DNA of 64,000 bases from a virus. Where the stretch lies: positions 1 through 64,000 of the IMG/VR virus record IMGVR_UViG_3300042448_000816. One strand, written 5' to 3'. Positions 59,030 to 64,000 of this stretch are shown piece by piece. The notes beneath the pieces are model-generated. The model did no database searches. It was not told the DNA's origin and saw nothing but the letters and a program-made list of their open reading frames with translations. Made by a program: the position numbers and the translations under genes. How positions within the stretch are numbered: the first letter of the stretch is position 1; each line of letters begins with the position of its first letter.

Positions 59030-62000
59030 CAGAACCTATTGCTCCTTATTCTTTGAGAATCAATGTTGCGAATCTGCCCCATTACAGTTTGTGCAATTGC
59101 GTTAGGGTCTGACTGAGAAGCAACATTTACGCTCAAGTTATAATTATACACTGAACTGGAAGATATTGGGGTAACTTGACTTGATATTACAGAACCCTGG
59201 CTAATTGAAACTGGAGAAACTTGAGTATTAAAGCTTGGAGAGCTAAAGTTTTGTGCAGTAGGCCCCCCTGAGAATGATCCCGCTGAGAATGAGCCAGAGT
59301 TAATACTATCAAACAGCTTGGTTCCAAGTTCTTTGACTCTTTGAGATTTTACAACATATTCTCCTGGAGAAAGCATTGCTGGAATTGTGTCTGTGCCCCT
59401 GCTTACTAGGCCTCCATTAGCAAAGTATCTTGGCATCCATTCTGAACGATTTTGGTAGCCACCAAGGCCAGGTACGCTTTGACGATATGATGGAGTAAGA
59501 TCAGGTCTTCCTTCACGAATTAAACCATCTATCATTTCTCTATTGTAGTCTTTACCTTTTAATTGCTGGAATCCAGTTTTTGCTCTTATACCTTGACCAA
59601 TATCAAAGTGATAGATTTTCTGACCCGTTGCTCTATCGGTTGTTACTCTCACAAGCTTCATGTTTTGACCTCTTGCAAGAAGTCCATCTACTACGTTAGA
59701 AGCTGGCGTTGGAAGTATTTTATTTATGTCTTCTACACCTGGAATGTCTGACTTTACGTTAAACTTATACAATGGGTAAAGCGGTAATCCATTACCTCCA
59801 CGTCTTCCTCCAGTTTGAACAGTTCCTTTAGCCATTCCCTCTAAAAACTCTTTACTTGAAGCAGTTGTAACTGACATAAACCTATCTAGGGTAACTGACT
59901 GACCTGGTTTTAAAAGTTTTAAAATTTCAGCATCTGACTCATTGGCCACTCTAACTAGAGGAGTTCCCTTTGAAATTCCAAGACTATTAGATTTAATTAT
60001 ATTGTCAATGAAGGCTCTGTTGCGATCATAGCTACCAAACAATGTGTGTGCAGCGTTGCGAACATAGCCATCCATTGTTGCTATTTCATCTGGGTCTTTA
60101 AGAACTTGGGGATTTGGGTTACGCTTAAAGTTTATAAAGTTTTTTAATGCAGATGTATTCTTGGTTGCTTGTGTTACAGCTTTAACTCCTGTTGAAACAC
60201 CCCTTCCTCCAGGAATAAAGTTTAATGCTCCCAGTCCAAGAACCATAGCGTCTGCTGATGTAGCTTTTCCTTGACCTACATTTATTAGAGATTTTGTAAT
60301 GTCAATGCCTTCTTTTGCCATTGAAATAAGGGGAGAAATTTTTGCTCCAAAGTCTAAAGCTTTTTCAAACATAGATGGTTTAGGTGTTGCTGCTGGTGGT
60401 GGGGTGTCGTAACCTCTGCCTGATGGTTTTGCAGCTAATGCCCTTCTTTCAGCTGCATCTGCTGAAATCCTACCTACTGGTTTTGCTGGGGTAGACTTAG
60501 AAGATCTACCACCATCTCTCATCATTCCACCCATCTTAAATCCTGGAAGCTCTCCAGAGTTAATAGAGTCTAAGAATCTTTGACCAAATTTGTTTACAGA
60601 AGCAGCCTTAATTACGTATTCACCATTAGAAAGCATAGCTGGAATTGAATCGGAAGTTCCCGTTCCTGGTCCAGAAATAAGACCGCCAGCGGCGTACCTG
60701 TTTCCGTAGGGATCAAACATTGCCCCTACTCCTATTTCACCGCCCCAAGGTCCGAAAGATGGGTTCCAAACATCGGGAGGAAGGGATGAAACTGAAAGAG
60801 CTATAAGTCTGTCAGCTTCAGCTTTTGTTACTTTTGAAAGAAACTGTGCAAGTCTTCTGTCTCTTGCATCGGCACCGCCGCTATCTGCCCCAGCAGCCTT
60901 TAAGGCTCCAGCCATAACTGGGGGATGAATATTCATTTGTGCTCTAAGTCTTCTTCCGTGAGAATTTGGTTCTGGGAAGGTAATAGTAGGCTTATCAGGA
61001 ATAATTTCATCTTCTTCTTTGCCACCATCGTTATAGGTAGTTGCGGGAGGAACCGCACCGTCAGTAACAGTCTGTACTGTTAGGGTAACAACTTTACTTT
61101 GAATTCCTGCCCAAGCATCCTTTACGTCTTGAACAACTGCAAGGGCTTTATCCATATCATCTTTGTATCCAGCACTGCTTATTCTTGCTAGATCAATACC
61201 ATTTTTTATGTTTTCCCATTCAGCCTTTGTTCTTCCCAAAACTTTTTCTTCTTCGAGTTTTGCTTCTAGCTCTAGATCAGCCAGCCTGACTCTTTCTGCT
61301 GCTGGCTCCAGAGCACTCTCTTCAATTTCAAGTATTTGATTTGTAAGCTGTTCAATTCTTTCTTCTATTTCAATTCTGGATAGTCCAGCTTTTCCTCTAA
61401 TTGATTCAAGTAATGATTGTCTACCCTCGTTAAGTGCGTCAGTCTGACCTGTAAAGTATGAAGAAGCTGAGCTCTCTCTTACATCTTGAACCGCTCTTGC
61501 AGCAGCAGCAAGGTCTCCACGAGTAATTGCTTCTGCTACTGAAAGCTTGCCCTTTTCTTGGTCTAGTACTTGCTGGTTTGCCTTACGAACCCTCTCTAGT
61601 GCCTCTAGCTTTTCATCGTAGGTTTTATTAATAGCATTCTCTTGATCTTCAATACCTCTAAGATCTGCATCATAGTCATCAAGCTGGTATCTTATTGCAT
61701 CTATTTGGTTTTGAGCGTTTTCAATAATTGCTTGGTCATTAGCTATCTTGAATTCGTATTCTAGAGTTAGCTTTCTTTCTCTAACATCAAAAGATTCCAT
61801 TGCCCTGTTAAAGCCTTCTTCAAATACATCTTGAAGTCCTTCTGGGGTTAGTCTTGCAGCTTCTTCCATAGCTGCTTTAGCATTTCTAAGCTCAGCAAGC
61901 ATTGTGTTAAGCTGATCTCTAGTTACGTTTCCAGTTGCCACTGCAGAAGCTACGGCTGCGTCTTCTACGGCTTCATAGGCTTCTGCAGCAGAGAATCCAG

Positions 62001-63999
62001 CAGCTCTTAGTTGATTAAAAGCTAGTACTTGGTTTCTTGATTCCTTTGCAGATTTTTGCTGATTGCTAACATACTGTCCTAAAGCAACTGCAGCCAAAGC
62101 CTTGCCAATATTTTGTAGCTGTGCTTTAAATCCTATAATTTCTCCAGTTTGCTTGTCAAAGTTAAACAGGGTATTCTTTTGTTTTTCAAAGTCTTCTGGG
62201 CTCATTCCAGCTATTAGGCTAATTAGATCTTCTTCGGCACCTAGCCTTCTCATGTCGTTTTCAATACCGCTGAAAAGATTAATTCCAGCTCCGCCACCAA
62301 AGAGTTTGTTGATGGCATCAGCCGAAGCCTCAAAGCCCTTTGCTACAGAAATTTGGTTTTTACGAATGTCTCTTAGCTTCTTTAGAATGTCATCTAGAGA
62401 AGACGCTGCTGGCCCACCGCTACCGCCACCAGGATCTAAGTCTTCATCTATAGGAGCTGTAGTATTATCTTTTTCTGTTTCGGTAGTTATAAAACCACTG
62501 TCTAAAGCAAAATCTGTAAATTCTTTATCTTTATTTCCTGGTTCGTTTAGCCACTCTCTATACTGGTCCATCATGGCTTCGTCGCCCTGAAGAAGCATTG
62601 TTGTAACAAATTGGGTCATAAAGGTTTTTTGAAAATTGTCTGGCAGCCCATTGAAATATTGTTCATATTCTTTGAAGTTGTCCATATTTTCTTCACCGAT
62701 AAGATCGGTAATAACATCCATGCCCATTTTACCGTCAACAGAGTCTATGATCTCTTTCATTTCCAACATCTTGTCGGCGGCACCTTCATTTTCATTTAGG
62801 TATGTTAGAACTATTTCTGCATCTAGCACCCTAGATACTGACTCAAACATTTCTAGATATTTTCTAGCTTCTTCTGGAACATCGGATTTTGCAGCAATAT
62901 TTGCCACAAAGTTTGTTTGCTGATCTAGAAGTGGCTCACCATTTTCATCTTTAAACATTTTCATTACGTTAAGGGTTCTGTTGGTATCTGCGTTGCCCAG
63001 ATTATCCATTAGAGTAAAGGTTTTTGTCATCATGTCTGCGTCTGATCCAAAAACGTTCATAAGTTCTGAAATTACTAGAGGGTCTAGGTCACTGGCTAGT
63101 CCGACAGTAAGCATGTATTCTTGAGTCTCGTTTAGTCCACTTGCATCAATTACTTGTTGTCTGGCTCCCATAGCAAGAGCTAGACCTTCGGGATCGTCTG
63201 CAAACCTATTTTCTATACTCTTTTTTGCAGCATCTTGTAGGGCCATTTTTCCAGAAAAGTCTGCACCCTCAAAAGAGCTGGCTATAGCTGCTCGTGTTTC
63301 TGCTCCTTGTTCCAGCAAAGCTGATCTGTCTATCATATACTGGTTTGTAAGACGTTCAGCTTTTGCTAAGTCTCCTGCAGCTTCTGCTATAGAAATTCTT
63401 TTTTCATAGTCTAGGTCTAGTGAGTCCAAAAGTTGCTGCTGTTGCTGTAATGCCATTTTTGAGCTTGCCACAACAGCTGCAGAAGCAGTTCCCATGTTGG
63501 CAAAAGCACTAACAACTTTTGGTCCAGTGATTGCAAGACCCGCAATGGTTCCTGCAACTCTACCGATAGTAGCACCTATTGCAGTTCCTGGACCTGGAGC
63601 AATTGCTGTTCCTATTGCTGCACCCGCAATAGATCCACCCTGCATCATAGCCCCAGTTGAAAGGGCTGCATAGCCCAATTCTTCAAATGGATTTGGAAGT
63701 TCTTGTAGTTTTTGTGCTACAATACCTATCTGTTTTTCACTATCTTGAGCAAGATTTAGTCTGATGGTTAATGGGTCTTCTAAAAGGTTTTCCCCGTTTA
63801 TTCCAAGAAGCTGTACGAGCCTTGCATTTACATTTAATCCAAAAGAAGTATCTCCAATTTCTTTTGCTATGTTAGAAACAATACTTCTTGCCTGTCCAGC
63901 ATCTAAAGCTCCAGAAGATACGGCATTAACAAGCTGAGTAACTAGCTGATCCTCTGTAGCAGCTCTTCCAAGCTTAGAAATGTTTTCTCTAGTTGCAGC
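59029..63999 (-). CDS. Tape measure protein (5' end outside the window) with a C-terminal ADP-ribosyltransferase-like cassette
   Basis: Frame checked open to the window edge; long helical coiled coils; two GGL..GT.D.IPAMLS.GEYV repeats; precedes the tail-tip genes. Confidence 0.88.
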   Translation of the reverse strand, partial: AATRENISKLGRAATEDQLVTQLVNAVSSGALDAGQARSIVSNIAKEIGDTSFGLNVNARLVQLLGINGENLLEDPLTIRLNLAQDSEKQIGIVAQKLQELPNPFEELGYAALSTGAMMQGGSIAGAAIGTAIAPGPGTAIGATIGRVAGTIAGLAITGPKVVSAFANMGTASAAVVASSKMALQQQQQLLDSLDLDYEKRISIAEAAGDLAKAERLTNQYMIDRSALLEQGAETRAAIASSFEGADFSGKMALQDAAKKSIENRFADDPEGLALAMGARQQVIDASGLNETQEYMLTVGLASDLDPLVISELMNVFGSDADMMTKTFTLMDNLGNADTNRTLNVMKMFKDENGEPLLDQQTNFVANIAAKSDVPEEARKYLEMFESVSRVLDAEIVLTYLNENEGAADKMLEMKEIIDSVDGKMGMDVITDLIGEENMDNFKEYEQYFNGLPDNFQKTFMTQFVTTMLLQGDEAMMDQYREWLNEPGNKDKEFTDFALDSGFITTETEKDNTTAPIDEDLDPGGGSGGPAASSLDDILKKLRDIRKNQISVAKGFEASADAINKLFGGGAGINLFSGIENDMRRLGAEEDLISLIAGMSPEDFEKQKNTLFNFDKQTGEIIGFKAQLQNIGKALAAVALGQYVSNQQKSAKESRNQVLAFNQLRAAGFSAAEAYEAVEDAAVASAVATGNVTRDQLNTMLAELRNAKAAMEEAARLTPEGLQDVFEEGFNRAMESFDVRERKLTLEYEFKIANDQAIIENAQNQIDAIRYQLDDYDADLRGIEDQENAINKTYDEKLEALERVRKANQQVLDQEKGKLSVAEAITRGDLAAAARAVQDVRESSASSYFTGQTDALNEGRQSLLESIRGKAGLSRIEIEERIEQLTNQILEIEESALEPAAERVRLADLELEAKLEEEKVLGRTKAEWENIKNGIDLARISSAGYKDDMDKALAVVQDVKDAWAGIQSKVVTLTVQTVTDGAVPPATTYNDGGKEEDEIIPDKPTITFPEPNSHGRRLRAQMNIHPPVMAGALKAAGADSGGADARDRRLAQFLSKVTKAEADRLIALSVSSLPPDVWNPSFGPWGGEIGVGAMFDPYGNRYAAGGLISGPGTGTSDSIPAMLSNGEYVIKAASVNKFGQRFLDSINSGELPGFKMGGMMRDGGRSSKSTPAKPVGRISADAAERRALAAKPSGRGYDTPPPAATPKPSMFEKALDFGAKISPLISMAKEGIDITKSLINVGQGKATSADAMVLGLGALNFIPGGRGVSTGVKAVTQATKNTSALKNFINFKRNPNPQVLKDPDEIATMDGYVRNAAHTLFGSYDRNRAFIDNIIKSNSLGISKGTPLVRVANESDAEILKLLKPGQSVTLDRFMSVTTASSKEFLEGMAKGTVQTGGRRGGNGLPLYPLYKFNVKSDIPGVEDINKILPTPASNVVDGLLARGQNMKLVRVTTDRATGQKIYHFDIGQGIRAKTGFQQLKGKDYNREMIDGLIREGRPDLTPSYRQSVPGLGGYQNRSEWMPRYFANGGLVSRGTDTIPAMLSPGEYVVKSQRVKELGTKLFDSINSGSFSAGSFSGGPTAQNFSSPSFNTQVSPVSISQGSVISSQVTPISSSSVYNYNLSVNVASQSDPNAIAQTVMGQIRNIDSQRIRSNRF

Positions 64000-64000
64000 T

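Noticed and set aside
29484-62923. Many + strand ORFs of 60-175 aa antisense to RNR, terminase, DnaE and tail genes
   Set aside because: Shadow frames of strongly supported - strand genes, with no recognisable motifs.
1-64000. Prophage, integrase or alternative genetic code
   Set aside because: No integrase or host housekeeping context was seen; long genes translate intact with the standard code and all three stop codons are used.

Overview
A 64-kb slice of a large, AT-rich, apparently lytic tailed dsDNA phage, probably of an Actinobacterium (WhiB, many leaderless genes, GAAAGG-type Shine-Dalgarno sites). Layout: (1) 1-9918, a + strand putative early region of short, mostly acidic ORFs plus DUF932, arranged in repeated transcription modules; (2) about 9919-10860, a non-coding convergence zone with direct repeats, an AT-rich tract and four DnaA boxes; (3) 10860-31000, mostly - strand accessory genes (DNA glycosylase, oxygenase, NlpC/P60, Hsp20, four glycosyltransferases, holin, WhiB, nuclease, endolysin, four tRNAs, two proteases); (4) 31048-49249, class II RNR, terminase and a replication/recombination module (RuvC, Cas4-like, RecA, MazG, DnaE, SSB, primase, DnaB); (5) 49252-64000, tail genes ending in a tape measure protein (TMP) that runs off the window. 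Main hunt results: a 27-28-nt H-type RNA pseudoknot with compensatory changes in both stems, in five 3' UTRs; a second pseudoknot filling two tRNA spacers; 14 promoters with an ATGTCGG box exactly 17 nt before the -10; six TTGACW-N17-KGCGGC elements; a DnaA-box cluster; and a toxin-like ADP-ribosyltransferase cassette between duplicated repeats in the TMP. All protein calls come from reading motifs by eye; no database searches were run.
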